Shown: positions 1 through 13,473, counted from the first letter of the stretch. The stretch is DNA of 64,000 bases from Callorhinchus milii (GCF_018977255.1 NW_024704742.1:133364001-133428000); one strand, 5' to 3'. A program made the numbers and translations. The notes: a model not told the origin generated them from the sequence alone.

Positions 1-1179
1 CTATCAAGTGCAGGGAATATTATTATTATAAGTTGCAAAGCGATTCTTACAAGATGCAGTCTAGAGAGCAGTGACTGCAATAGAGATATTGGCTGGGATG
101 CGAAATGTAAATTCGGTCGTTGTGACTGAAAAGGTCAGTGAAGCACATCAAAACATCTTGCGGGGGAGAAAAAGTGTCATCTTATCAGCACTCAGGGCAG
201 TCTCCCTCCCCACACCCCCTCCCGGGGAAGAGAGCCTCCGTTGATCAGAACATGACTAAGGCACGGGAGTGTCTAATTTCACACAGTTAGTCCCCCACAG
301 TGTACTTTCTGCCTTGTGGAAGTTGGTGCTTAATGGGGAGAAAAAGGCAAGACAGGGAAGGTAAGAGAGAGATAGAGAAAAAGCAAGACAGTTCTAGATA
401 TACTGTAATCCCGTACTGAACCACCATGTGCAGAAGTTTTTAGGAAACTTTACATAGGAAGCATTCCCCCCGCTGAGTCTCTCCCAAACACATTATCACC
501 AACAAGAATTTTTCTTGTGTGTTTTTTATTTTAAAAAATCTGATTCCTCTGAGCTGAGCTACTACTAATATTCTCAGCGTGGTTGCCTCAAATTGAGAAC
601 ATCTGGGATCGGACTTGGTTGGGAAAAGGGTTGGGGGGGGAGCAGAGAGAGATAGAGAGATGGGGAGAGAGAAAGAGAGCAGGGGGGAGGGGGAGGGAGA
701 AGAGAAGAAGAGATGCAAATAATTAATAAAAATAATAATCCTGGCTGATCGAGAGCATCGATTATGGAAATGCAGTGGATGTTGGCTATATGGATTTTGG
801 AAGGGAATTTAATACAATGATACATTGGAGACTCAGCGACCAAATAAAGGCACCTGATATAAGCAGAAATTAGCTTTCGTCTGCAAATAGTCGCCAGAGT
901 TTACAATAAATCCTGTGGAATGCTTTGAGCCGTTACAACAATATAAGCAGCTAAACAATCAAATTTAGGATGATTAGCATTATTAATAACAATACATGGA
1001 AGGAGTATAAATGGTTTGCAATATTTTTGGTATGATCTTTTGATGGAACAATGCAGATCTAATAAATTAATCAATTACATTTGATCCAATGCATTTCACA
1101 TTGGGAGGACACCTCAAATCGCTCCGTAGACTTAAAGTGTAATGCAGTGGCATAAATCAAGAACATTTATTTTGTTGGC

Positions 1180-1535
1180 CAACAACAAAGGTCATTCACC
1201 GCTGGTTCAGGCTGATAATTCAGTACAATACTGGGGGAGACAGTGCTGTCCTTTGAATGAGGCATTAAACCGAAGTCCTGTTTCCCTTCTCTGGTCGACA
1301 AAAAATCCTGTAGCACTATTTGAAAGGAAAAGGGAGTTCCTTCCAGTGTCCTGACCAATAATCTCCCAGATTAAAACATTGATAGTTCACTTATTCGTTT
1401 GTGGGACGTCACTGTGTGCAAATTACCCTACAAACAGAGCCAATACACTTTAAAGGATAAACCTGCAAAATGCTTTGAGACAGACGCGATAAGGCACTTT
1501 ATCAAATGCAAGCATTATTAATTATTATTAATAAT
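1180..1535 (+). mobile_element. Deu-domain SINE (family B), decayed
   Basis: Deu-like core (gtcctttgaatgaggcattaaaccgaagtcctg...gcactatttgaaag) and a tail ending aaatgcaagcattatt. Confidence 0.75.
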
Positions 1536-1618
1536 TATTATAATAAGTCTCCTGACCTCAGTTCTATCAGTCTTAGTTCTGACTTTTAGGCTATGGCTTG
1601 TACTAACACTCATTTGTG

Positions 1619-1937
1619 TTGTCCTGTAGCTCAGTGGTTAGAGCACTCGCTTTGAAGCGAGAGACCTGAGTTCAATTCCAGACAGGGCGAAACCTTGGGC
1701 AAGTTTCCTTACTCCACACGCCTAATAATAATCCCTCCAAAACCAAAAAAAATAATAATAAATTGGTCATTTTCAATCTACGACTGTTTGTAGGACGTTG
1801 CTGTGCGCAATTGGCTGCCGCGTTCGCCCACAAATATACAGTCAATTCACTTTTCAGTGTGTTCTGTGAAGCGTTTTGGGATGTCCTCCCGACGTGAAAA
1901 GCACTATATCAAATACAAGGATTATTGTTATTATTAT
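1619..1937 (+). mobile_element. tRNA-derived SINE family A, short subfamily
   Basis: A-box tagctcagtggttagagc, B-box agttcaattcc, gcaagtttccttactccacac, L2-like tail and (ATT)n. Confidence 0.9.
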
Positions 1938-2225
1938 TTGATACAGCGCCTTATCACAACATTGAGATGCCTCAAAGCGCTTCACAGAATATACTGTGTA
2001 TTTTGAGGGCGAAACACAGCAGCCAATTGCGCACAGCAGTGTCCCACAAACAGTCATGGATTGAGTGACCAAATTTTAAAAACATTTTTGAGGTGATTAT
2101 TACCTTTGGAAAGCGGTTTGCCAATCAACTAACAACCAGGTTCCTACTTACTCCTAGGTAAACAGAGGTGTGTTGAGTGAGGAGACTTGCCTAAAAGTTC
2201 GCCCCACCTGGGAATCGAACCCAAG
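1938..2225 (-). mobile_element. SINE family A, long form, tail-to-tail with the preceding copy
   Basis: Reverse complement of the family A body, including ggttcctacttac and gggaatcgaaccc. Confidence 0.88.
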
Positions 2226-2934
2226 TCATGGGCCTTTCTAAATAAAGGGAAGAGTCGTTAATTATCTAACCTGTCAGTCCCATTCATTGTTTTAAATACT
2301 TTGATTGAAATCATTCCACAAAGCGAACTCTTCTCCCTCGCCACAAATGTCAATACCAACCCTTTGAACACCCAGTCGGTTACTTCACCCTCCTAGTATT
2401 TGCTGCTGGCATACTTGGCCCTTCACGTCATCTCTGACCTTCACTGGCAAACAAGAACCTTGAATAGCAGCGGAGACATTTTCTTGATCAAAGTTAGTCG
2501 AAATCTCATATGACGTTGCAAACGCACCAGCCTGCCAAAGAATCCATGCGATATTACATGAGTAAGCCTGGTGCATGGTTACAATCTAAAGCTGGCAACG
2601 AATAACACAAGGGAAATAAATTCAGATACCGTCTTTTGCCAAGGATTCAGTCTGTTCCTAACTAAACCCCCTAAACTAAACAGCTTCAGGTAACAGTGCA
2701 CAATCCAAATAGTCCACACCAGTGTTTAAACTCCACATGAACCTCCACCAAGTCAAATAACTCACCTCTCTCGCCTCTCCCCAAGCCCTCTATTCCCTTT
2801 TCTGTCTCATACATGCATGACAAAAGGGATGGCTAAAAGAGAGAGAGCGACAGTCCTGGATACATGAGGGAGAAGGGAATAAAGAGGTAATGGACAAGGA
2901 TTAAGAGGAATGGAGGCTTGTGTAATTTTGCGAC

Positions 2935-3340
2935 AGCCTGGTTGAGTTGATAGCATTCTCACCGCAGGAAAAACAAGGTTGTGGACTAAAGCCTCAAAGT
3001 CGGAGCTTTGAGCTCATGATCTAAGGCTGACACGATAGTGGAGTGCTGGTGGGAGCACTGCGTCACTAGCAGTGCCGTCCTTCGGATGAGTCGTTGGAAT
3101 CCAGGTCCCATCTGCTTGTTAAAGTTGACGTCAAAGATCCCACGGCACTATTCGAAAAGGGAAGGGATTTTTTCCTCGGTGTCCTGGCCAACAATCCCTC
3201 AGATAAAATATTAATCATTCGCTTCGCAGCTGTTTGTGGGCCATTGCTGCGCGCAAATCGTGTTCACCTACAAATCACACAATCGTTACGCTTCACAGTT
3301 AGCGCTTTGAGACGGTTTGGGGGCCATATTAAATACAAGT
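2935..3340 (+). mobile_element. Deu-domain SINE (family B)
   Basis: gtgccgtccttcggatgag...ggtcccatctgc...aaagatcccacggcactattcgaaaag...gtcctggccaac. Confidence 0.85.
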
Positions 3341-4119
3341 ATCAAAGCACAGACACACAAACACACACACACACACACAAACACACATGCATCTTCCTTG
3401 TATTATAACTCAGTGAATGGAATGGCATTGTGATGATAATTAAACATCATAAATTACTACGGACTGAAGGGCCCACGCATGCCTTGGTTTCCTCTTTGAC
3501 TCAGTGATAATTCCATTTCTTTTATATGGGGGGCCCGTTTGATTCCTCAAGGGAAGAGGTCAGAGACTGGGCCACATCCCGTCTGCGCTGTGTCGCTAGC
3601 GCAAGCAACTGCAAGCAGACTCTCTAGAGAGAACACGAACTAGGTCTTAAATAAGCACTAATGTCTCACGTTACAGAAATGCTCTGCGCTTTTGTTTCAG
3701 TCTGCATGACAGTCCGACACAACATCGGCCGAACTTGAGTCTTTCCTCTCCCGTAAACTCGTGATTTTCCAAACAAAGAAACAATTTTTAAAAAGCTTGA
3801 AATGCATTTGCATTCCTAGGTCTCTTTCACAATAGCTTACCCCTTGCAAAGCACGCCAGATGAATAAAGTCATAAAAGACTCGAGGCAAGAGCTTGGATG
3901 CGACCATGAAATGCTACAACGTCAACCCAGCCAAGAAAATTTAAGCTTTCTGAACACTTTATCTTCTTGGCAGCATTCGAGACTTAAGAACACAGTATCC
4001 TGCTCGAGTTAAAGGGGAGTTAAGTCCACGGGTCTACCTCAGATTGAACTGCCTATGAGCAGTAAGGCAGACCCACTGTAGATTGGCTCACCAACCTACA
4101 TCTTGAGGGTCTCCAAATT

Positions 4120-4450
4120 ACACAGAGTTACAAAGAGGGCCAATATGGCACAGTCACAGGCCATTTGGCCCAAGTATTCTATGCCAGTGTTTGTACTCCA
4201 CATGGCTGCCACCCCTCCTATTTCACCTCTCTATTTCACCTCCCTCATGTACGCACCAAGTTTCCTCAAATACATTCATGCTTCATCCAAAGTTTCTTGG
4301 CAATGAGTTGCCTGTACTCACCGTGAGAAGAAGTTCCTCCTAAACTCCCCATTAGATCTATGATTGGCTGTCCTATATTGATGCCCTTTGGTTTTGAACT
4401 CAGCACCAAGTCGACACAGCCTGTCAACTTCCAGCTTATCGAATCCTTTC
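4120..4450 (-). mobile_element. CR1 LINE 3' fragment, old
   Basis: aagaagttcctcctaaactcccc...atgccctttggtttt...cttatcgaatcctttcacaat resembles the reverse complement of a CR1 3' end. Confidence 0.5.
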
Positions 4451-5354
4451 ACAATCAATGCCAACTCTCATCAAAGGAGACCTGGAGATGTCGACGGTCC
4501 TCAACCCAAAAGCCAAAGACATGACTTGGTAGGGACATTGTGACCACACAAGCACAGCACTTCGAAACTTGCCTTTTACTAATACTGTTTGCCTACAAGT
4601 ACGATCACTACAGTATTGAGAGTAAATCCTGTGAAGCGCAGGATTATATTATTATTGCAAAAATATGAACATTTTGTTCTGCATTAAAGCCACAACACTG
4701 ATTTGTAAGGACATCCTAGTACCGGTCATTTAAACACAGCCACAAACAACAATATATGGGAGTGTCAGCCTAGACTGTGAGTTCAGAGTCCCTTAGTGGG
4801 GCTTGAACTCCCAACCGACAAATTCAAGAGAGGAGAGAGAGTGCAATCAACTCAGCCAAGCTGATACATCCATGTCCAAGTTATCCAAAAAGTACTCAAA
4901 ATGCATTTAAAAGCCTGAACATTATAGAGGCTCCAATGCTTACCCGTAATCTCTCGTGTTCAAACAGAACTGTAACAAGAACTACCTTTTTTGAGGGAAT
5001 AGCTGGACTTTCTCATGAAATTCAAATACCAATATCTGGAATTCTGCCAAGTAACATATGGTAACTTTTTTTTNAGAAAAAGCAATCTGCCTGTACTGTA
5101 TCAGCACAGGATTACTGAGCTCAGAAGGTCACAGCATAGTCATAAAAGAAAAGTTTAGAATGAGAGATCAAAAACTTAACGTGTTTTTTTCAAGCTGAGA
5201 GAAAATGTGAGAATGTGAAAAGAACTGCCCCAGATACAGAAGGTCGACTGGGATGCTTAAAAGGGAGATAGTCAGACGGATACTTGGGAAGTCAGAGTAT
5301 TAAGGGATCTGCTAGATATGAGTCTTAAGAGATCTGCCCCTCTATCAGTTGAAT

Positions 5355-5640
5355 GGATTTTTTNCCTGCTTAGCCAGGTGTTAGCCACATGCGGAAACCC
5401 ATCTACATGCTTAATAAGAGTCTCCAAACCAAACTGCGTATTCAAGGTAATCCCACCAACACATGGAAACCCCAGAGATAGATTGTTGGAACGGAATGCA
5501 CACTCTCTCTCTAGAGGGATGTATCCCGCTTACATAATTCCAGAAAGTATTAGGCGCAAGTCCGCAGGGGCCAAAGCTTGAGGACCCCAGAGTGTGTGTT
5601 GGGGTAACTGCTGGGAGTCTAATCAGCTACAACCACTAAA
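5355..5640. repeat. Unclassified ~280-nt interspersed repeat (family C)
   Basis: Shares gcggaaaccc...tccaaaccaa...ggaatgcacactctctc...taattccagaaagtattaggcgca...ggggtaactgctgg with six other loci in the window. Confidence 0.85.
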
Positions 5641-5914
5641 TGAATGTTATAACCATCTAAAACGACTAAATGGATGTTCCTTGTTCTTAATAACAAATAC
5701 TAATGATAATGCCTGCCAATAACGTTGAAAAAGCAACCGTCTCTGACTTAAACCTTTAAAAATTACACAATCACTACACCTCACAGTATATCCTGTAAAG
5801 CACTTTGAGGAATACAAAGATTTTTATTTATCACAGCAGATCTTTTAAAACCCATATCATTGTCTTTTTCCCCCCCTGCCCCACAGATCCCTTAATACCT
5901 TTCATATCCGATAA

Positions 5915-6266
5915 AGTGCTTCAGAGTTCCTGCAAAGTGCAGTTACTGTTTATTTGTTGGCTATCGTGGCCGCCAATTTGTGCGCAGCACCGTCTCACAA
6001 ACAGCCTAATGTGAAGGACAATTGTATCTGAGGGGGGATTTATTGGCCAGGACCCTGGGAGAAACTCCCTTCTCTTTTCAAATTGTGCCACAGGATCTTT
6101 AACATCCAGCTGAACAGGCAGACAGGACCTCAGTTTAATAGCCCACGTGAAAGATACTCACTGCAGCACTGTATTGGAGTATCAGCCTAGACTGTGAGCT
6201 CTTGACTTGATCCGTTAACCCTCTGACCCACAGTTGGAAATGCTACCAACTGAGCCAGGCTGACAC
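5915..6266 (-). mobile_element. Deu-domain SINE (family B)
   Basis: ggatctttaacatccagctgaacaggcagacaggacctc...tgctaccaactgagccaggctgacac. Confidence 0.85.
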
Positions 6267-7787
6267 ATTGCCAACTCTTACCATAGGACATTGCACCAAG
6301 TAGGTGTTAATGGTTGTACAACACATGTAGCATCTGTATCAACACCTTATCTGAGCAGCAGCCAAGTATCTCTCTCCTCCTCCTCCCATCTTTTGCCAGA
6401 GCGACAGATTGAAGGTCTATTTAATAAGCTTCTGCTGGTGAACACAGAAGTGTAGTTTCAGAGCACAAGTAGGAAATATTTACAAAGGGTGAATTATTCA
6501 CCCACCTGCAAGAAGTCAGGTTGATCACAAAATCTGATGAGTTAGACAAAAGCAGAGGTGCTATTTTATCGGTATTTCCACAAATAGCAGCTGTGCTTTT
6601 TAGTCGCCACACCCCAAAACTATGGATCACTTTGCCTCAATCCCACCGCATTGCATCATCCTTGCCCATTACAGATTGCACCTGCAGACCTTCCTCTTCG
6701 ACCATGGCTATCGTCATTCCCACCTCCCCCGGCTCGGCATCAAGCTCCACAGGTTTTAAACGCTCCAAAAACACAAGTTGGGTTTTGTGTAGTGGAGTGC
6801 AGGGTGCCCAGTGGGAGAATTAGGATGGAAGTTCCCAAGAGAGAAGCTGAAGCAAACTAAATAATATTCTTACCATTTAATATAGCGAATTGGCAGATCC
6901 AAACTTCTCAGCACTTCAGTCTGTGTATTTATAGGCGAACACAGCAGCCAGTTTGTACACAGAAATGTCCCACAAATAGCCATGAAGTGAGTAACTGACA
7001 TATATTTTTATCCGGAGACCTGTTGACCTAGACACTGGGAGACACTCCCTTCTGTTTTTCGTGTAGTCTCACAGTATCGACCGACTGAACAGGAAGTCGG
7101 GACCTGGCTCGCCGCTGAAAGCCAGCGGACACTTCAACCAGACCCTCTGTGAGAAATGTCCACACCGAGGTGCGGAGGCTATCAAAGGAAGGTGCCAAAC
7201 ACCAGATTACATTGAGTGAAGACAGTCGTTGGTGACCTCCTGAACCCCTGGACCACCACAACCCACACAAACCACCACCAACAACAACTTGCATTTATAT
7301 AGCACCCCTCTTGCAGGGTAGTAGTGTCCCAGAGTGTTTGATGATAATAATCCTTGCATTTGATATGGCGCCTTATCATGTCATTGAGACGTCTTAAAGC
7401 GCTTCACAGAATATACTGTAAAGTGAATTGATTGTACATTTTGTGGGCGAAACGCAGCAGCCAACTGCGCAGATACACCCAATACTATACCCAATGTCAC
7501 CGTTCCTATCCTACTGATGGATCTGATTACTCACGTACCCACAGGCACAACCTGTATGCCCCATCCCACATGCCACTTATCCCCCCTCTGTAGTTTGGTG
7601 GTGATTGACGAAAGCCGACACAGTCACATTGGAGCCTGATCCTGGACTTTCCCAGTCTACACGGCTCAGCTTTCACACCAGGCAGCAGCTGTAGCAACGG
7701 ATGAGTCAAGCAAGCTGAGGTCCACAGAAAATAAATGAACCTGCTCAAGGTCTCAACCGCTTCGATAATCTATCCCTTTGACAACAT

Positions 7788-8152
7788 GGAGGCCTGTAGC
7801 ACATTGGTTAGTGCACTCGCCTCGCAAGCGAGAGGACCCGAGTTTGACTGGGGCAAAACCTTACGCAAATTTCCTTACCCTACACTCCTCTGTTTACCGA
7901 GCAAGTAAGTAGGAGCCCAGTTGTTAGTCAATTGGCAGATCGCTTTCTGGAGATAATAATCCTTCCAAATTTTTTTAAAAATTAATAATTTGGTTACTTA
8001 ATCCACAATTGTTTGTGGGACACTGCTGTGCGCAATTGGCTGCCATGTTTTGCCCAGAAAATAGTCAATCCACTTTACAATATATCTTGTGAAGTGCTTT
8101 GAGACGTCTCAACGAAAAGATAAGGTCCAATATAAAATGCAAGGATTATTAT
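7788..8152 (+). mobile_element. SINE family A, full-length long form
   Basis: tRNA-Ala-like head ctcgcctcgcaagcgag, body, and tail aaatgcaaggattatt. Confidence 0.9.
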
Positions 8153-8743
8153 CCTAACAATGACAACCACCGTCACCCCTTGCATTTGATGCCATGACAC
8201 TAACATCAGGATGATGTCTCAAAGCGCTTCAACAGGATATACTGTAAGGTGACTGTCATTTTGTAAACTTTACGTTGTACGCTAATCTGCTGGTGCTCTG
8301 ACATTACCCCAACAAGCAATTAATTATGCAAACTGCTAAGGCACTGTGACCCTTCCTTATTTCTCATTCATCTGTTCCTCCACCACCATCTACTCTCCCC
8401 TCCTCTATGATTTACAAGTCTGGCGCGCTGCTTAAGAAAGACACAAAGGCGCTATATCAATGTCAAAGTGATCTGGCCAAAGCACAGATGAAATGTGTAC
8501 CGGGGAAGGAGGGGAGGAAAGGAAGAGAGAGAGGATTTTTTTTAAAAAAAGGCTTAAATGTTCTTTTGTATTACATCAAAGACTGACACAAGAACAAGGG
8601 AGCTCTCAATAACAGATGAGCTGCATTTAAAGCTGATCCAAAAAAGTTTGCTGTAACATGAATACCAACCTGGTATTTTTGTCTCTTTTTTAAAAAAGTA
8701 GCTATTTCCTGGATAACATGCCAGAATAAAGCAATGCTAATAC

Positions 8744-9108
8744 AATAATAATAATCCTTGCATTTGATATAGCGCCTTATCATGTCTTCGAGCGTATCAA
8801 AGCGCTTCATTAAATATACTGTAAATTGAATTGACTCTATATCTTGTGGGCGAAACGCAGCAACCAATTGCACACGGCAGCGTCCCCACAAACAGTCGTG
8901 GATTGAGTGACCAAATTTTTTTGAAGGATTTATTACTCCCGGAAAAGCGATCTGCCAATCGACTAACAACCGGATTCCTACTTTCTGCTAGGTAAGCAGA
9001 AGTGTGTGGAGTAAGGAAATGTGCCTAACATTTCGCCCTGCCCAGGAATCAAACCCAGGTCTCTCGCTTGCGAGGCGAGTGCTCTAACCACTGAGCTACA
9101 GGACTCCA
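8744..9108 (-). mobile_element. SINE family A, full-length long form
   Basis: Reverse complement begins tggagtcctgtagctcagtggttagagcactcgcctcgcaagcgagagacc. Confidence 0.92.
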
Positions 9109-9519
9109 CTAATGCTACTCTAATACCTATGTCCGTGCATTTATCTTTGTCATTTTTTTTATTGAGGTTTCATGTAACGCTGCGAGATTCCAGCCAGTCT
9201 CTGGAGGGAAACATCCACTAAAAGAACAGCGATGAGTAATAGCTGAGACGCCAGCCGAGACAGGGGTGGGGGCGTGGGGGAGGCAGGCGAGGTCATCAAT
9301 GCTGGTTTTCAGCATCTTGTTTCAAGGAGATTTTTTGAACCAAAAAAAGAGACTAGCATTTTTACATTAATTGAAACTGAAACAATAAACATGCATTGCA
9401 AAAACCCAAACAATATCAGCGTACAGTAAATGGAAAGAGCTCATGTGGAGTGTGGAGGGAAAGATAGAGGCAAGAACTTAAGACAATCCAAACAAGGATA
9501 AGAATAAATAAACAAAAAA

Positions 9520-9850
9520 TCTTTGCATTTGATATAGCGCCTCATCACGTCGTCGAGGCGTCTCAGAAAGTGCTTCACAGGATATACTGTGAAGTGACTG
9601 TGCATTTTGTGGGCGAAAAGCGGCAGCCAATTTGTACCCGGCAGTGTCACATAAACAGCCATGAAGTAAGTGACAATTTTATTTGGGGGATTGTTAGTCA
9701 GGCATCAGAAAGGGAAACTCCCTTCTCTTTTCCAATAGTGCTATGGGATCTCTAACATCCACCTAAACAGATAAGCGAGACCTCGGTTTAATGTCTCATC
9801 TTAAGGAGAGCACATCTGACAACGTTACACACCCCAGCACTGCATAAAAG
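9520..9850 (-). mobile_element. Deu-domain SINE (family B), 5'-truncated
   Basis: Tail plus aactcccttctcttttccaatagtgctatgggatc...gacctcggtttaatgtctcatc. Confidence 0.82.
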
Positions 9851-10759
9851 TGCTCTAAGAATTGATCTAACTCTAAGAGTGCATAAGGGTTGATCTAATC
9901 TTTCAAACACAGATTAGATAGTTTTCTTTTAGGAAATAACATTATGGGATATAGCACATAGATAGTTTGGGACATATGTGCATGCAACCGCCAGGAAGGT
10001 GGAAGGCGAATTAGTGTCGCTATAATGTCACTCCCATCTCTTAAGGGCAGTTAAGTCTCTTTTCTTTTCTTTTCCCACCAGACCCCCAAAGCTGGTCTCT
10101 GCTACTGCCTGAGTCAGGCTGAATAAATAGAAAAACATCACATTCAGGGATTACTTTGAACTGCAAAGAAATTAGTCACAAGTCAAGACACCATACTTGT
10201 GGGAAGTCTACAGTTTGACATGGTCCAAACCAACTTTATACACTTCACCAAGCATCTCTCATTGCAATAAAAGTGAGTCTGATCACTGTTTCCGGTCTCA
10301 CTAAATCCCTGGCATCTGGACACATTGTGCAAGTTAAACAATTGCCAGGATCATCTATCCTCACCTCTGGGGGCATTGCCACACCATTACCACCAAAGCC
10401 TGTCCCAGATCTTCATCACGTCTAACAGTATATTTTTCCAATGCCCTTCTCGCTTTTCACGCTTCCACAATCTATACATTGCTAAACTTCCTCATCTCTG
10501 AGCAAATCGATTTCAAGATCCTTGCTCTCGATTCCTCTGCCATGGTGTAATCTTCTCCAGCTCTAAAGCCCTGCCCAATCCACACTTTTCTGACTCTTGT
10601 TAACATTTAAGTAAATAAGATGATAATAATAATAACAACTGCCTTGAGACATCCTCCGCACAACATATATGAATGTACTGTATTTGTAATAACAATCCTT
10701 GTGTTTGTTTACAGTTTGTTTCAGTCCAACTCACATACTCCCTCTCCCTATTGTGTCCC

Positions 10760-11135
10760 TATAATAATAATAATAATCCTTGCATTTCATGTGGCTCTTT
10801 ATCACACCTTCGAGATGTCTGAAAAGGCTTCACAGAATATACAATACAAAATTATATTTGTATAGCACCTTTCACATCGGGAGGACGTCCCAAGGCGCTG
10901 GATATTGTAGGGACAGTATATTTTGTGGACAAAACACAGCAGCCAATTGCGCACAGCAGTGTCCCACAAACAGTCATGGATTGATTGACCAAATTATTAT
11001 TATTTTTTGAAGTGATGATTACCCTTGGAAAAGTGATCCGCCAATCGGCTAACAACTGGGTTCCTACTTACTGCTAGTTAAACAGAGGTGTGTGGAGTAA
11101 GGGAACTTGCCTAAGGTTTGGCCCCGTCCGGGAAT
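10760..11135 (-). mobile_element. SINE family A interrupted by a short L2 tail fragment (~10845-10900)
   Basis: Family A tail and body are split by tatagcacctttcacatcgggaggacgtcccaaggcgctgg. Confidence 0.8.
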
Positions 11136-12852
11136 CAAACAGAACCCTTCCAAAAAACATATTTCACTTCCAATTCTGAAAAGACTCTCTCTTTGACCTC
11201 TCCAATAGCTACCTTTAACCTCCTCCCTTTCCTTGCTCAATATCCACCACTCCCGTGGGTTAAACGCTCCCTTGATACGATACCATTAAAATCATTCCCG
11301 GTTGTAACCTCTTGTGACTCTTTGAAGCACAAAGTGAAGCTGCTTTCTGCATTACTCCCCCAGTATAAAGGTCTTGTATCGTCAGCACACTCCCGATGGT
11401 GATTCAGACAATGACCTGACCACCCCAGCAGACAGACGATGTTTTAAAAAAAAACCACGAAATGAGACAAGGATGGGGTAAAACAGAGTTTATGATGAAA
11501 CCACAGCTGTGCATTCATAGGCAATTGCTCAAAAGCAGCAATATTAACTCTACAAATAGCTGTAACATATGTTCTGAGGAAGTCACAAACCACAAAGCGC
11601 TTTTTTTTGGAGTCATCAGACTTGCAATTGTTCAGCAACTTGTATCTTGGTCCAGTACAACTGCTGCGTTATGCATAACACACAGAGCATATTATTATAA
11701 TATTCATAATAATAATAATAATCCTTGCACTTGATTTAGAGCTTGATCACATCGTTGAGGAGTCTCAAAGAGCTTCACAGGATATACTGTAAAGTGGATT
11801 CATGGTGTTTTTCGTGGGCAAAACATGGCACAGTTTGCTCACGGTAACCACCTCTCCCCCCACCCCTCTCTCTCCCCCCAAAAACAGTCACGGAGTCAAT
11901 GACGATTTAATTTGGTGGCCAAGGACAGGGGTGTAAATGCAACATGCGATAATTATCAAATTACATTTACACCTGTAAACTTCCAAAACACAAAATTGCA
12001 CCTTCCAATAACAACAAGCAAACTACAATTATATAGCGCCATGTCGAAAGGATTGGAGGGAAGTGGGAATGTGGCCGAAGGCACTTCGAAGTGCTCCATG
12101 CGAATGGCATGGGATGCCGAGCAAGGTGAAAGAAGGAGGGATGGTTAGAGGGAAGGCACAGGCAACTCCTGGAGATTCCAAAGAGAGCAGAACAAGAACT
12201 CGTCTGTGCAAACAGAGGCAATCCAGACGCTTAATCCCTACCACCCTACAAGATGTTTTGCGATAAGGTGCTACAAAAGACTGCACTCTCTTGCTTTCCA
12301 ATTACTTCATGCCCTGCCACCCTCCTACCTTTCTGACCTCTTTTCTCCCTACTCCACTACCTCTCTGCCCCCCAATCCCTCCGCCTTTCCCCCTCCTTCC
12401 CCTCTTTTAGATCATGACCAAAGAACTTCTTTTTCGACCGTGCTTACAGTCACCTCCTCCCTCCCGCCGGCTCGACGTCAGCTCCGCCATTGTCAAGCTC
12501 TCCAAGACGCAGCCCTACACGAATGGCGCTATATAAACTCAAGTTGTTTTACTGTGACGTTAAGGTGAAATTGTAATTCCTGCACGAAGATAATTGAGGA
12601 AGGCAGAGACGCACTTAAAAAACCTAAAAGTTGCAGAACAAGGCAATGAAACTCCAGCAAAAACAACTGGGCGTTAAAACCACAGAGAGAAAATGCCAGG
12701 TAACCTGAAACTCTCTTCTGCCATAATCTTCCGAAATTCTGACGCTGCTCATTAACCTGTCACTTCGTCAAAAGTCTACAGCGATAAGAGTCAAGAGTCA
12801 ACAAGGTTTAATCAACCAGCCAGAGTCATGCCAACCGGCGTCTCGTACTTAC

Positions 12853-12888
12853 ATCACTCTTCCTGAACTTTGCTTTCAGGCTCTTCAT
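12853..12888 (-). CDS. RAI14: RAI14 (ankycorbin) first coding segment, MKSLKAKFRKSD; the gene continues leftward beyond the window
   Basis: Reverse complement reads ATG AAG AGC CTG AAA GCA AAG TTC AGG AAG AGT GAT followed by a GTAAGT donor (phase 0). The peptide matches the vertebrate RAI14 N-terminus MKSLKAKFRKSD(TNEW...) as I recall it. Start context aaaATGa has A at -3. Confidence 0.93.
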
Positions 12889-12902
12889 TTTCACTCAATT
12901 CC

Positions 12903-12923
12903 TTACGACAGAGCGGCAGACAT
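12903..12923 (-). other. Upstream ORF (MSAALS*) in the RAI14 5'UTR
   Basis: ATG TCT GCC GCT CTG TCG TAA lies inside exon 2 and ends 14 nt before the main ATG. Confidence 0.7.
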
Positions 12924-13473
12924 CAAGAATAAACACCTACAAACAGGCAAAAGAAATTACTAAATCTTAATCCCCTCCAAAAAAAAAAAACTTGCTCGAT
13001 ATTTGATGGTGAAAAGATATTTGGTACATGAAAAAAAAGATATTACTTCAATCATCAGTGACTTGACCCACAAACAATTTACATTAATGCTTCCGAGAGA
13101 ACAACGCACTGAAATTATGGGTGTAAAGTGCTTTTTCCCCTCTCTCCCTCTCTTCAGACACCAGTTCAATGATTGAACTTCGATCCAGGCAGCAAGTTAA
13201 ACTGCAACTGCATTTCAACCTCAGGAACCTCAATATCTTTCTTAAAAATGGTTGTTTTAAAGCTTTTTGGGGGTTAACGTCGATTTTTATTCAAAGAATC
13301 GAGTACGTTCAAAGGGGTTTTCTTTTCCTAAAGGAGTTTTTTTTTCAACGAAACCAAAAATGCAAAACTTTTATTTGAAACTTTCAAAACTTTTTTCGTT
13401 TAAATAGATGGCTTTTCGACAACCGAAAATCTGTGTTTAAGTTTCTTTTAAAATATATATACATATATATATT

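Larger units (their letters stand above)
12853..12936 (-). other. RAI14: RAI14 exon 2 (84 nt: 48 nt 5'UTR plus 36 nt CDS)
   Basis: Acceptor ttcttttgcctgtttgtAG| (AG at 12938-12937) and donor |GTAAGTac (from 12852) bracket the coding segment. Confidence 0.88.

Noticed and set aside
5074..5364. Ambiguous N bases at 5074 and 5364
   Set aside because: Both sit at the ends of T homopolymers; this is assembly uncertainty, not biology.
7527..7748. 73-aa minus-strand ORF near a GTGAGT motif as an alternative RAI14 exon
   Set aside because: No similarity to known RAI14 sequence; it cannot be supported without RNA data.
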